Source of the DNA: an uncultured Erysipelotrichaceae bacterium
GTDB lineage: Bacteria; Bacillota_I; Bacilli_A; RF39; UBA660
DNA length: 64,000 nt
Assembly (NCBI GenBank): GCA_902800945.1
Contig: CADCFX010000007.1
Span: 1,376-65,375, forward strand
Direction of reading: 5' to 3'
Below, piece after piece: positions 32,601-39,787 of this stretch; the first letter of the stretch is position 1, and each line of letters opens with the position of its first letter. Under the pieces are notes generated by a model. The model was not told the origin of the DNA, ran no database searches, and saw only the letters and a list, made by a program, of their open reading frames with translations. The translations under genes were made by a program, and so were the position numbers.

Positions 32601-34245
32601 AGATTTAGCTGTATTTAATAGGGCGTTATCAGAAGAAGAGGTATTAGCAAATTATAGATCATCTGGTATTACTAATAATAGTGGATTAACTATTAAGCAG
32701 AAGTATACTGATTCTTCTTATGGAAATCCTGGTTATTATCCGATTCATAAATGGTCTACGCCTTCTTTCCAAGTATATAATCAAGCAAATGTTGAGCTTC
32801 CTACAGAAAGATCTACAGTTGGTTATTTAGCTGCCTCTCATGGTAGTAGTTATAGTCCTTTATATAATGGAGCACTAGAAGGTAATTATCACATATATTC
32901 TTCTGGAATAAATACTATTAATTTAGAATTAGATAAAATATCATCAGATTTGAGATTATCGTATAAAATTGGAGATAAAGAGGAGAATGATTTGCCTGTT
33001 ACGAAGAGAGTTTATTCTTTTGGCTATGATTATAATAGTGATATAAAAATAGTATTGGAAAATACAAGTGAAACAAAAGAAATCGTTTTGACTAAAGAGG
33101 ATTTGGCTAAATCAATAACTTTAAAGGATGGTAAGTATTATCATATTGAGAATTCTAAGTTGTATGAGAATAATAAAAAGATAGTTGATAATATTGTTCA
33201 TGTTTATAATGACTTGGCTTTAGTTAGTGATGGTAGTATTTATAATCTTAAAACAAATGAGTATCAAGAAGCCCTTGGAGATATTGGTTTATTAGATAGA
33301 GAGATTCCTCTATATCATACTAATATAAGTGATAAAATAGTTGATTCTTATTATAATTATAGTGTTTTAACTGATTTAGATGGTAATATAAAATATAGAG
33401 ATGGGCAGATAATATATAAAGATAAAAATGTATATTTATATAGTTCTAATAGTGGTATTAAAAATGACTCTTTGATAGTTAATAACTACAATAATAGTGA
33501 ATATCAAATAGTTTTAGGTGATAATTTACAAGTATATTCATATAAAACGAAGTTAAATTCTGATAATTATTTCATGAATAGTAATATATCAGAGATTAGT
33601 GGAGATTTTGATAATGATGATCCAATTATAATGATTAAGTATGATAATGGAGGAGTTATTGCTTTTGATTATCATAATGGTGATAAGCTATTTGAATATG
33701 GTAGTAAGCCAAAAATATCTTTGACTAAGTATTTTGGCTTAGCTGTTACTGATAATAATACGGCGAAGAATAATAAGTCTTATGAATCTAGTAATGATTT
33801 AATTAAAACTTTAGATAGTGTTGATAATCAAGAGGTAATCGGTTTGTTGAATAGAAATAAAACGGATAAAGTTATCAATACGGAAAAGGTAGAGGATACT
33901 AGTGAGGATATTCCTTCAGATGTTGATGAGCAATTAGATGCAGTTATTGAAAGCAATGATGTTAAGAATGACTATATTATCAAGTATGATAAGGATACCA
34001 ATTCTTATGATGTATATAATATTAATGATGTTTTAAATGTTGATGCAGATAATGTAGTATCTGTAGATGAGCAGATTGTATCTAATAATTATTTGTATAA
34101 TTATTTCCGTAGTAATAATAAGAGTGATGAAGTAATAAAAAATAACAGATTATTAATATATGCAAGCATTATTATAGTTATTGTATTAAATCTAGTTTTC
34201 TTTGCTATAAAAGGAAGAATGAAGGAGGAAAAGAATGAAAAATAA
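23605..34245 (+). CDS. Giant (3546 aa) surface protein with TM helices at both termini
   Basis: Uninterrupted 10.6-kb ORF with the RBS AAAGGA. N-terminal TM helix VLPVFIVAIFIFVIFLFNYLF. The C-terminal TM helix LLIYASIIIVIVLNLVFFAI has a charged tail (KGRMKEEKNEK) and no LPXTG. The interior holds Fn3-like modules (TEYKIVGQY, TSYYIEIDS, TNYVLKFIA, KKYTICLAI), jelly-roll-like modules, three GLUG-type modules and a LamG-like domain. Confidence 0.85.
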   Translation: MKKKIAKLIKKLKMNKFKDSKLVKVLPVFIVAIFIFVIFLFNYLFNTYSFVMVVEEKGYFLSSDSAPESLRSNNYDKAEDKLKVAEIEQNEYIYKTPLNHYVDNSRSSTINMSYPLFINDGLAIINYNDNTNLVSTDLKRLTGLNNVVFSYGSVYDPVTYVSLDGDKYILLNYENGIYLNLYDLDIKSEAQEVTIPINSFIYFSKDKINYYERGENTFVKNSIDVDFNTTLRFYYASNNEEYIYGYEDFLKVIGISFKTIEEIPEKQIITPEEVIEEVDEEDVTPVPPAIMEEVQKPGFTYVKPSVAVQRFTPNVYSMSSNLIIKDPSGVIIKPPTFTLVSGGKTFARRAFYASGNILISGLYASTEYKIVGQYTYLDEDLKTKKIVTFYSDTLTTLGLEELEPIEIEFENGEIYSNKIELAKMILTSSLDSEVLRGVKNFALTIGDTNYFFSKSDLNKLINGKEINNISTPESLESDKEFDFEITFYDGKNNKLEARNNKGHTRTSRRPPAVVLKVVENEVDYVGISVNLKNDDNIKIGNYHYVVTNSSGVTVLSDTISDERFKLYNLDPNQVFNINVYGDIDLNDGKGERKDYVLGSMEFTSLPITSLGFLNFDFESNELTKDSVTLNYRINSSKTDDRLLKLLKQLHIKLFREDNNELVTEYSLSSQEITRIKNYEELTLLFKNLNSNTSYYIEIDSVVQQGETTYDLDCLHSLKPFTTRKKPAEVVIANSFVSNNMIDLDVKINDPDNSVLTKEVRLELRDLNDTLVDARIIKTNTDFERITYNNLKVNTNYVLKFIADEYNETNSNSTFVSKYVLKSISKYTEESISGKIELTSSLRVANGENLVDMYSETKWIQTINTYTIPKTIDSEGDMHIYSKNGSSSYMYDLSDYHGEIVTATFKIKAINPLSAGHRLFFENYLGNTTSLNYGIELTNISTDKWTTYTYTFRVGSYKSGNNFVNNTSTYYGKYRTDFIGFWFTNGSKFTAEYEVRDFMIYKSRERKEVNLGNASILPGTYNNNGTINVTGSYYDRRARVSEPLILEGNRAYTFDFADSDNDYSAYIYFTDLSNKYKSAYGWFESGRTVYVPSGSKTWLVFRNYSGNANIDPSKVNLKITEYVDLPSKSYETFSYDFVTNTRVNIKDLKDEISNNTYYIQVKDENGEKLYSNEYVELINTDVIKDAIKSVDLEENKKYTICLAISIRDREYVLDSFDISTDNEVKGIANTNDWVYMQPNGNYIVLNDLDFYEFTAQTLGWGYKYFYGTIDFQGYSANVYSLSDRNNYTRLGRIEKSGILKNMVLNVHLNNTIVNTSIRGFVSSNYGTIENVEINVYDERETKFNDTYFNTLVDVNHVSGVIQNFVMKLKTKVNLYSEVGLLTRYNYGTVRNGYVYGENAIISNENSGASARTIGLIQRYGGVKSLVDHIYVINNYEFPSDFAYDITGLIAYETYGTLRNSYTVGNANNINQAVGPVVGYVRATANYSNIHYLSDYIYTTNNQNKITALNLNDVSFQKSVLGDGFNVDEMVKLGYYPQVRYTYNKMPKQEFNELPYYSETSVVDIITMEVVEQTNSTAMVDVVVDNPNGDQIDNVAISDVRTRVVSQNFEDGKTYLKLEVYDPDIYVSKYAIRNITCRSYNGLLSSKAYAAGEKYLYVDFYQEINSVEDWMQINRNLNQNFAIMKDLNFIEYTGYTLGNFSGKIDGNNHVLRNISLYGNVSGLFNQMNGTLQNISFENITKSSDSTYSGLIGYSNQYANFNNVHVKNITIIVPPTRTADTLYVGGLVGYLYYSKVTNSTITDVTITSTPEITDVNAGGMAGYSVAGGYSNVLVQNANISIKNAKSVSGVGGIVGRDTSSISSIANAYSTGTIVSNGYRTGGIIGATSGYVENSYSTVNIQSDIDSVGGIAGYSGTPADIMNNLYLGNMYSKIEGAVFGRIISNNYLEDESNNYAYDNSLINGMKTTEFDEEYENNIYYGVLTPINKGESFISYEELLDVDTYTSGDKLRLGDSFDYSEVSQGTLPKLYYLDSTELLPNQLDTKIKQQMFRVTNLVIDKHVDHANLVLYLDNPDEYLITDIVLDDTNVQISNITNHEGTTIINFTATPKKYYDSYMISEIKYRVDINASEEREFKNIRIPMTFYKNLSTFDDWQAVSTSDAENYVLVNDIDFTGLDFKKGVVFNRLETPSNDEKYTLRGFNYSNNTSGNNKAIINKIVTSLRNINFEDIEIRNTQGSSNNYINLINYNYGSIDNVSFKDIEIYAPSKSRVALIGQGLTNHINNISLDNIKITGKSYVAGLLAYYDNGVNNHISNIEGKNLTIYASNGYAGGIFSTFSTAHGVDAKTKTNIEGSPDLDDSVNLVRNIKVSDSTITMPSGNYAGGIGAYAGANDSVVDNVTVNGNKYVGGAFGYAYESYMYNITVKNSNVSGIDSYIGGLAGQSRYLYDCLVDNTNVKGTSTSTDGVAGFVGYINGYALRRSVVQNSTVVNSGNNTGCLVGSMSGGTLHTMSCHNSTITGQSKTGGMAGNVNTGTISTSKVTNSVIHSAGNYAGGVAGYFYNINDQATYREGVFRNLLVAGVDISSRSYAGGILGGKNTEIYKKNNDYELYFEGVVSTEDNITAGVGAGDDSNKEILNLGHAGFYNRSVINGEEISNNIAPLENDNLIKHINSGFVNETTGEPGDNLNYPNAGYTDMIKLEQGKNYYFRAENVNNNSGDIFRVRLYDANRKYISNAAWNSNTWYYFSHYTNFGNVDDYSFTVNHDCYVRFVFFYTASASLYEIKTAYNMVPESKLLNSSDIRDKLTWVRYAPGGADLYQKTQLWFDSDYWDTTPLNGGVENLEVPDLSGHGKKGIANVSMMHKDKGFFFDGVDDNIQIPDYTPSSNITVSTTFTSYASRSWQLLFNYGTASTNYFGVFISGKALYVVINGSTYNSGYYVPLYKEVNMTATYDSNKYLKIYADGNLVYTNNNVNKTIGSSVDAKTYVGHDIHYSSTSYKFLGYIKDLAVFNRALSEEEVLANYRSSGITNNSGLTIKQKYTDSSYGNPGYYPIHKWSTPSFQVYNQANVELPTERSTVGYLAASHGSSYSPLYNGALEGNYHIYSSGINTINLELDKISSDLRLSYKIGDKEENDLPVTKRVYSFGYDYNSDIKIVLENTSETKEIVLTKEDLAKSITLKDGKYYHIENSKLYENNKKIVDNIVHVYNDLALVSDGSIYNLKTNEYQEALGDIGLLDREIPLYHTNISDKIVDSYYNYSVLTDLDGNIKYRDGQIIYKDKNVYLYSSNSGIKNDSLIVNNYNNSEYQIVLGDNLQVYSYKTKLNSDNYFMNSNISEISGDFDNDDPIIMIKYDNGGVIAFDYHNGDKLFEYGSKPKISLTKYFGLAVTDNNTAKNNKSYESSNDLIKTLDSVDNQEVIGLLNRNKTDKVINTEKVEDTSEDIPSDVDEQLDAVIESNDVKNDYIIKYDKDTNSYDVYNINDVLNVDADNVVSVDEQIVSNNYLYNYFRSNNKSDEVIKNNRLLIYASIIIVIVLNLVFFAIKGRMKEEKNEK
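27280..31540 (+). repeat. Three GLUG-motif (putative beta-helix) modules inside the giant CDS
   Basis: Each module opens with a D/E-D-W ... N-Y/F-x-L/I-x-x-D-L/I-D/N-F header, at nt 27280, 28579 and 30034. This is followed by iterated h-G-G-h-h-G repeats, such as YVGGLVGYL, NAGGMAGYS, VSGVGGIVG, YRTGGIIGA, SVGGIAGYS, YAGGIFSTF, YAGGIGAYA, YVGGAFGYA, YIGGLAGQS, KTGGMAGNV, YAGGVAGYF and YAGGILGGK. Confidence 0.6.
32119..32670 (+). other. LamG / concanavalin-A-like lectin domain (Laminin_G_3-like) inside the giant CDS
   Basis: VPDLSGHGKKG...FFFDGVDDNIQIP...ITVSTTF...WQLLFNYG...LYVVINGS...MTATYDS.KYLKIYADGNLV...YVGHD...FLGYIKDLAVFNRALSEEEVLANY matches the usual Laminin_G_3 pattern. Confidence 0.65.
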
Positions 34246-34729
34246 AAACGTGTTGATAGTTGGTATGGTTGCTCTAATCGTTTTTGTATTAGGTTGTTTA
34301 TTGTTATTTAATAAAAATAGCAATAAAACAAAATTCGATTTGGATTTAGTTCAAAAAGAGTTTATGAAAGAATTCAAAGAATATGATGTTAGAGAATTTG
34401 ACCAATATGATATATCAATGTATTTTGGATTAGACTTTAATGAAATTCCTTCTTCCTTGTTCATCTCAGATTTTTCTGAAGATCCTGATGAGCCTAAGCC
34501 ATTTGCACCAAAAGTATTAATTATAGTAATTAATACTCAAGATGCTGAAGACTATTATGATAGTTTATTAGGTTTTGTAGATTTAAACAAAAATAATTTA
34601 GAGGATAAGAAGTTAGCTAAAAAATATGAAAAAGCCATATTAAAAAAAGGTAAAAACTATGTTTATTTATTATTAGGTGATAATCCTAAAGATATGGAAA
34701 AAAAGTTGTTAGAGTTAGCTAAGAAATAG
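34235..34729 (+). CDS. Small anchored protein, DUF4358-like
   Basis: 164 aa. Overlaps the giant gene by 11 nt and has a strong RBS AAGGAGGA. An N-terminal TM or lipoprotein-like helix is followed by a pattern reminiscent of DUF4358 (ISMYFGLD...KVLIIVINTQDAED...KGKNYVYLLLG). The family call is tentative. Confidence 0.6.
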   Translation: MKNKNVLIVGMVALIVFVLGCLLLFNKNSNKTKFDLDLVQKEFMKEFKEYDVREFDQYDISMYFGLDFNEIPSSLFISDFSEDPDEPKPFAPKVLIIVINTQDAEDYYDSLLGFVDLNKNNLEDKKLAKKYEKAILKKGKNYVYLLLGDNPKDMEKKLLELAKK

Positions 34730-34734
34730 ATGAT

Positions 34735-34770
34735 AAAACTGTCAACTAAAAAAGGTTGACAGTTTTATAT
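34735..34770 (+). terminator. Rho-independent terminator closing the 10.4-34.7 kb block
   Basis: 12-bp stem aaaactgtcaac (34735-34746) with gttgacagtttt (34755-34766), and an 8-nt loop. Confidence 0.75.
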
Positions 34771-34784
34771 TAATCTAATATAAT
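34756..34784 (+). promoter_or_regulatory. Sigma-A type promoter for rpsP
   Basis: TTGACA (34756-34761), a 17-nt spacer, then TATAAT (34779-34784). The -35 box lies in the descending arm of the upstream terminator. Confidence 0.7.
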
Positions 34785-34813
34785 ATATTTGCGATTTAAA
34801 GGAGGGAAAGAAG

Positions 34814-35089
34814 ATGGCAGTTAAGTTAAGACTTAAAAGAGGCGGAGCTAAGCAAAGACCATTCTATAGAATAGTTGCTGCTGATTCACGTAGTCCAAGA
34901 GATGGAAGATTTATAGAGATTATTGGTACTTATAATCCAATTCCAGAGAATTATGAAGTTAAAATTGATGAAGAAAAGGCTTTGAATTGGTTAAAAAATG
35001 GAGCACAACCTACTGATACAGTAAGAAGTTTATTAAGTAAAAGCGGAATAATGGCTAAATTTGCTGATTCAAAAAAAGAAGGTAAATAA
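34814..35089 (+). CDS. rpsP: 30S ribosomal protein S16
   Basis: [35 protein letters not shown] is the canonical S16 N-terminus. RBS AAGGAGGG. Confidence 0.95.
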   Translation: MAVKLRLKRGGAKQRPFYRIVAADSRSPRDGRFIEIIGTYNPIPENYEVKIDEEKALNWLKNGAQPTDTVRSLLSKSGIMAKFADSKKEGK

Positions 35090-35091
35090 TT

Positions 35092-35337
35092 ATGGAATTA
35101 AAAGAGTTTGCAGAATACTTAGTAAAAGCTGTTGTTAAAGAGCCAGATATGGTAAAAGTTTCTCAGTTTGGAGGAGAAGATGATGCTACTATTCTTGAAG
35201 TTATTGTTCATGAGGATGATAAAGGAATAGTTGTAGGCCGTAATGGTAAAATGGTTAATTCTATTCGTACTCTAGTACAAGCAAAAGCTTATATATTGGG
35301 TATGGGCAAAGTGAAGATTAATATTGATTCTTTTTAA
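35092..35337 (+). CDS. KH-domain RNA-binding protein (YlqC family)
   Basis: 81 aa carrying the GxxG KH motif (VGRNGKMVNSIRTLV), in the conserved position after rpsP. Confidence 0.85.
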   Translation: MELKEFAEYLVKAVVKEPDMVKVSQFGGEDDATILEVIVHEDDKGIVVGRNGKMVNSIRTLVQAKAYILGMGKVKINIDSF

Positions 35338-35360
35338 GAGCATAAATGCTCTTTTTTTTT
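35338..35360 (+). terminator. Terminator after rpsP and the KH gene
   Basis: Short stem gagc/gctc (35338-35351) followed by a T9 run. Confidence 0.55.
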
Positions 35361-35416
35361 GTTGATAAATATGTGATAATATTCATAATAGAGGGGTTTG
35401 TGGAAATAGAATAGAG

Positions 35417-36457
35417 ATGGCAGTTATGGGTTTTAGTATTGTTAAATGGTTCAAAGGAATGAAAAGGAGAAACTATTCTGATGTTGAAGAGTTTATAAAG
35501 CAAATAAATGCTGATGTTAGTGATAATGTTAGAAGTATATTATCTTCTTTATCGCCTGAAGATGAAAGGAAACTAAAAGAATTGTATTATCAAATTTTCA
35601 AATATAAAAACGATAATGAAAATTCTTTAATTAATAATAAATTTGTTTTGGATGCTATATCGGTTAATGGCGGAAATTATGAGAAAATTAAAGAGATATT
35701 TGAATATGTTATAAATTGGGATAAAGAAGTGTATCTACCTAAAGGGATTCGACGTATATTAAATAATCAAATTTCAAATGAAGCTATTGAAGAGCTGGAA
35801 GCATTATATAAAAAGTATAATCTTGTATTAAAAGATAGAAAGAAAGATAAATCTAATTATTATTATATTGATAGTTTATTGTTTAAAGAGGAGTTAACTA
35901 AATGTTTTGGTAACGCTGTTGATACTTTTTCTTTAATATTAAAATCAGATGAAATAGATGTGGGGCGTAAAGTAGGAAAAGAAATAATTAGTTATTTGAG
36001 TGAAATGTTAAATAAAAGAGAAATAGATGGTAGAATACTAAATAAAATAGTGTTTTATATAATTAAGGATGTTGATACAGATCAAGTTTTGGATGATGAT
36101 CAGATAAATGATATATTTTCTAATGGTTTGATTAATAGTGGAAATGTATTAGAAGAGGGGATTACGACCTATTTTGTGAATAATGAATACGAAGCTTTGA
36201 CTATATTAAAGGGATGGGATTATAGATATAGTGGAGTAATAGTAATGGAAATTCCATCTATATATTTTGATGATAGTAAGGGAATAATAAGTGAATATTA
36301 TGATAAAGTATATATAAATAAAGACTATTTACGAATAAATCCTGATTTTATTAAGGGATATATTGCTATTAATTCTGATAATATTCATTTATATACTAAG
36401 AAAGAAATTATTAGTAAAGAATTAGATATGCCGGATTTAAAGGATGATAATCAATAA
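35417..36457 (+). CDS. Hypothetical protein (346 aa)
   Basis: Long ORF with typical coding composition. No family recognised. Confidence 0.6.
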   Translation: MAVMGFSIVKWFKGMKRRNYSDVEEFIKQINADVSDNVRSILSSLSPEDERKLKELYYQIFKYKNDNENSLINNKFVLDAISVNGGNYEKIKEIFEYVINWDKEVYLPKGIRRILNNQISNEAIEELEALYKKYNLVLKDRKKDKSNYYYIDSLLFKEELTKCFGNAVDTFSLILKSDEIDVGRKVGKEIISYLSEMLNKREIDGRILNKIVFYIIKDVDTDQVLDDDQINDIFSNGLINSGNVLEEGITTYFVNNEYEALTILKGWDYRYSGVIVMEIPSIYFDDSKGIISEYYDKVYINKDYLRINPDFIKGYIAINSDNIHLYTKKEIISKELDMPDLKDDNQ

Positions 36458-36486
36458 AATAAAGATCTTAGGAGATCTTTATTTTA
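36457..36486. terminator. Bidirectional terminator between convergent genes
   Basis: 13-bp stem aaaataaagatct (36457-36469) with agatctttatttt (36474-36486). A/T runs on both sides. Confidence 0.75.
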
Positions 36487-37282
36487 TTATGGAAAGTATT
36501 TTCTTTAACTTAGTTTTCTTATAATTAGCTTTCTTAAATCTAGTGTTGTTCTTTTCTATATTAAGATAGTATTCGTTGTTTTCAGTATAGATAATTAAGT
36601 TTTTGTTATATGTAAAGCTATAATTAAGAAAGAAGCCGCTTAGGTAGTTTTTTTCTTTATAAATATCAAAAAGATTATCTATTTTTAAATTATAATATAT
36701 TATGTTTCTTTTTTTGCCTTGAGTAATAATATTTAAACCTATGGAGTTTTTGTTGTATTTATTTATGTCTTTAATATTAAGTTTCTTAATTATGTCAGTA
36801 AATTCTTTATTAGTTTTTAATGTATTAATTAGAGGGGATATTTCGTTTAGAGAATATGTATATATATAATAGTCTTTTTTATTATCTTGTTTTTTAGTTT
36901 TGTCTAGTATTTTATAATTGTGGGTAAAACTATCAATAAGAGACTCTAGTATTTTTTTATAAGACTTTGAATCTAAGTTTAGTTTATGACTATAATATTC
37001 TTTATTGTTATATATATAGAATTCTTGGGGAGTGTAGTATAAATAGAGTTTGTCTTTATCGTCAATATTTATGGTATAACCCTGTTCCTTTTTAAAATCT
37101 ATTTCGTTGAATAATCTGTCAATGCTGTCTTTTTCCGCGTTACTTAGTTTATTTAGTATCTTTGCGGGATTGGTTTTTAAAAAATTATAACCATATAATA
37201 ACCACGCACCAAAAATAATAGCTAGGGTGATAGATGCTGTTATTATTCTTAAGCGAATAAAAGGGTCATTATTCTTTTTCAT
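36479..37282 (-). CDS. Hypothetical N-terminally anchored protein (267 aa)
   Basis: N-terminal TM helix (IITASITLAIIFGAWLLYGY) and a Lys/Asn/Tyr-rich soluble part. No family recognised. Confidence 0.6.
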   Translation of the reverse strand: MKKNNDPFIRLRIITASITLAIIFGAWLLYGYNFLKTNPAKILNKLSNAEKDSIDRLFNEIDFKKEQGYTINIDDKDKLYLYYTPQEFYIYNNKEYYSHKLNLDSKSYKKILESLIDSFTHNYKILDKTKKQDNKKDYYIYTYSLNEISPLINTLKTNKEFTDIIKKLNIKDINKYNKNSIGLNIITQGKKRNIIYYNLKIDNLFDIYKEKNYLSGFFLNYSFTYNKNLIIYTENNEYYLNIEKNNTRFKKANYKKTKLKKILSIIK

Positions 37283-37406
37283 TTTATCATCTCTATTTCT
37301 TATATTATTATAGCATAAATATGGTAAAATAAATTATGAAAGATAAGTCATTAATACTATATAATTTATAAGTTCGTTCTTATTGAAGAAAGATTGGTGA
37401 ATAGTA

Positions 37407-39173
37407 ATGGCAATATTACATAATGATTTTTTTCGGTTGATTGGTTTTAAGAAAAGACCGAAATCTCCATGGGATAAGTATTATGGTAAGAAAAATATGT
37501 TTTATACTATACCTAATATGTCTGTTTATGAATATATTTATAATAAGCATTATAAGTATAAAGATAATATCGCCATGGAGTATTATGGTACGAATGTTAC
37601 TTATGCTGAACTATATCATCAGATAGATATTTGTGCTCGAGCATTTAGGAGTCAAGGTGTTAGAAAAGGTGATGTAGTTACAATATTATCTGCTAATTTA
37701 GTTGAAAGTATTTATGTTATTTTTTCTTTAAATAAGATAGGGGCGGTTGCAAATATAGTTCATCCTCTATCAGCTGAGAATGAAATAAAAGAAGCATTGA
37801 TTAGATATTCTTCTGTAATGTTAGTAGCGATGGATATATGTTATGAGAAGATTAAAAGCTTTATAAATGATACTGAAGTATATAAAGTCATAGTATTGTC
37901 AGCTAAAGATTCGATGAGTTTTTTTTATAAGATAGGTTATTGGTTTACACAAGGTAGAAAAGTTGAAAAGATAGATTATAAAAATGATTTGTATATTAAG
38001 TATTATGATTTCCTTAAATATGGGGATAATTATACTAAGGAGGATAATGAGAGAATTACTAGGGATACTCCAGCTTTAATTCTTCATAGTGGGGGGACAA
38101 CGGGTACTCCTAAGGGAATTGTGTTATCTAATGGTAATTTTTATTCTTCGACTATTCAGGCTGAGATTGCTCTCCCGGATTTATCTAGTGATGATGTCAT
38201 ATTAGCAATAATGCCAATTTTTCATGGTTTTGGTCTTTCTGTTTCAATTACTGATGCATTTGCTGTAGGTGCTAAAGTAGTAGTAGTACCACAGTTTAAT
38301 GCTAAGACATTTGATAAATTAATAAAAAAGTATAAACCAACGGTTTTAGTTGGGGTACCAACTTTATTTGAAGCATTAACTAATAATGAGGGGATGAAAG
38401 ATGTTGATTTGTCTTTTTTAAAATATGTTATTTCGGGTGGAGATACCTTAAATGAAACAAGAGTAGAGAAGATTAACGAGTTTTTATGTGCTCATGGGGC
38501 GAGTGTGGTATTGACGCAAGGTTATGGAATGACAGAAGCGGTTGCTTGTGTATCTGTTGATAGAAAAGATGATACTCATCCCGGAACTATTGGGATCCCT
38601 ATGCCGGGAGTATATGTTCAGATTGTTAAGCCTGGCACTGATGAAGAAGTACCTTGCGGGGAAGACGGAGAGATTTGTATTTGTGGTCCAAATGTAATGT
38701 TGGGATATTATAATAATGAAAAAGAAACTAATGAGGTATTACATATTCATTCTGATGGTAATGTATGGTTACATTCTGGAGATATGGGGTCAATGGATAA
38801 AGATGGTTTTATTACATATAAACAGAGGTTAAAAAGAATGATTGTTACATCTGGTTATAATGTATATCCGTCGCAAATAGAGGAAATAATCGAAAGACAT
38901 GAGGCTGTATTGAATTGTAGTGTAATAGGTGTTCCGCACCCTTATAAGGTTGAAGTTCCTAAAGCATATATAGTATTAAAGAAAGGATATTATGAGACTA
39001 AAGCATTAAAAAAAGAAATAATGGATTTATGTAAAAAAAATTTGGCATATTATTCTATACCTAAAGATTTTGAGTATCGAAGTAGTTTACCTAAAACTAT
39101 GATAGGTAAAGTTGATTTTAAAAAATTACAAGAGGAGAATAATAAGAAAAGAAAGCGTAATAAGGCCAAATAG
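37407..39173 (+). CDS. AMP-dependent synthetase/ligase (long-chain fatty-acid-CoA ligase-like)
   Basis: Adenylate-forming core motifs LHSGGTTGTPKGIV, GYGMTEA and GDMGSMDKDGFITYKQRLKRMI. Confidence 0.85.
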   Translation: MAILHNDFFRLIGFKKRPKSPWDKYYGKKNMFYTIPNMSVYEYIYNKHYKYKDNIAMEYYGTNVTYAELYHQIDICARAFRSQGVRKGDVVTILSANLVESIYVIFSLNKIGAVANIVHPLSAENEIKEALIRYSSVMLVAMDICYEKIKSFINDTEVYKVIVLSAKDSMSFFYKIGYWFTQGRKVEKIDYKNDLYIKYYDFLKYGDNYTKEDNERITRDTPALILHSGGTTGTPKGIVLSNGNFYSSTIQAEIALPDLSSDDVILAIMPIFHGFGLSVSITDAFAVGAKVVVVPQFNAKTFDKLIKKYKPTVLVGVPTLFEALTNNEGMKDVDLSFLKYVISGGDTLNETRVEKINEFLCAHGASVVLTQGYGMTEAVACVSVDRKDDTHPGTIGIPMPGVYVQIVKPGTDEEVPCGEDGEICICGPNVMLGYYNNEKETNEVLHIHSDGNVWLHSGDMGSMDKDGFITYKQRLKRMIVTSGYNVYPSQIEEIIERHEAVLNCSVIGVPHPYKVEVPKAYIVLKKGYYETKALKKEIMDLCKKNLAYYSIPKDFEYRSSLPKTMIGKVDFKKLQEENNKKRKRNKAK

Positions 39174-39243
39174 AGATGCTAAAAATAGTATCTTTTTTTT
39201 CAACTTTAAATATTATATAATTATTAATATAGGAGGTCTTATA

Positions 39244-39786
39244 ATGGGGAAAAAAGTAATAGTTAATGAAGAAGATGAGAATTCTAATGGTCTTATGATT
39301 TTATTCTTTATAATAATTGCGATAGTAATTGGTAGTTTATCCTTCATAGCGGGAATTGTTTATACTAGTTATTTGGATGGAAAAGATGATGGGGCTTGTG
39401 AAGATGTTGTACCAATAGAAAAGATTGTTGATGAAAAGACAATTAATGATTATGTGGTTACAGATGAGAATGTTATAAAGATTTTGAATGATAAAGTGGA
39501 AGATATAGATTTTTCACAATCTGTGTCGAAAGAAAAATATTTATATAATTATTTAGAAGATGATAAATATTATTATGTTTTAATATCTTATGGAAGTTTT
39601 GATGTGGATGGAGCTAAAAAAATAGTATATACTGATTTGGAAAAGAAGAGTGTTTATAAAGAGTATGATAGTAAAGAATCATTTGTTATAGATGAAAATA
39701 ATTATAATGATTTTAGTAAATATAGAATTACTTTTATTAAAGATGGTAATGATTGTATTTTTAAGGGGGTAGAAAGAATAGAGTAA
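39244..39786 (+). CDS. Anchored protein, paralog 1 of a tandem family
   Basis: Start moved from 39112 to ATG 39244 (RBS TAGGAGGT). Has a TM helix and the C-terminal signature NNYNDFSKYRITFIKDGNDCIFKGVERIE. Confidence 0.7.
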   Translation: MGKKVIVNEEDENSNGLMILFFIIIAIVIGSLSFIAGIVYTSYLDGKDDGACEDVVPIEKIVDEKTINDYVVTDENVIKILNDKVEDIDFSQSVSKEKYLYNYLEDDKYYYVLISYGSFDVDGAKKIVYTDLEKKSVYKEYDSKESFVIDENNYNDFSKYRITFIKDGNDCIFKGVERIE

Positions 39787-39787
39787 T

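Noticed and set aside
34141-34245. C-terminal hydrophobic helix plus charged tail of the giant protein as an LPXTG sortase signal
   Set aside because: No LPXTG-like motif, or any recognisable variant, precedes the helix. It is treated as a plain C-terminal membrane anchor.
35318-35503. Minus-strand ORF 35318-35503
   Set aside because: It spans the rpsP/KH terminator and the start of the next plus-strand gene. It has no RBS and a low-complexity translation.
37441-37626. Plus-strand ORF 37441-37626
   Set aside because: It is out of frame inside the AMP-ligase CDS.
39112-39243. ORF-track N-terminal extension of paralog 1 overlapping the ligase gene
   Set aside because: The extension overlaps the ligase 3' end and its terminator-like hairpin. 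ATG 39244 has a strong RBS and gives the same architecture as paralogs 2 and 3.
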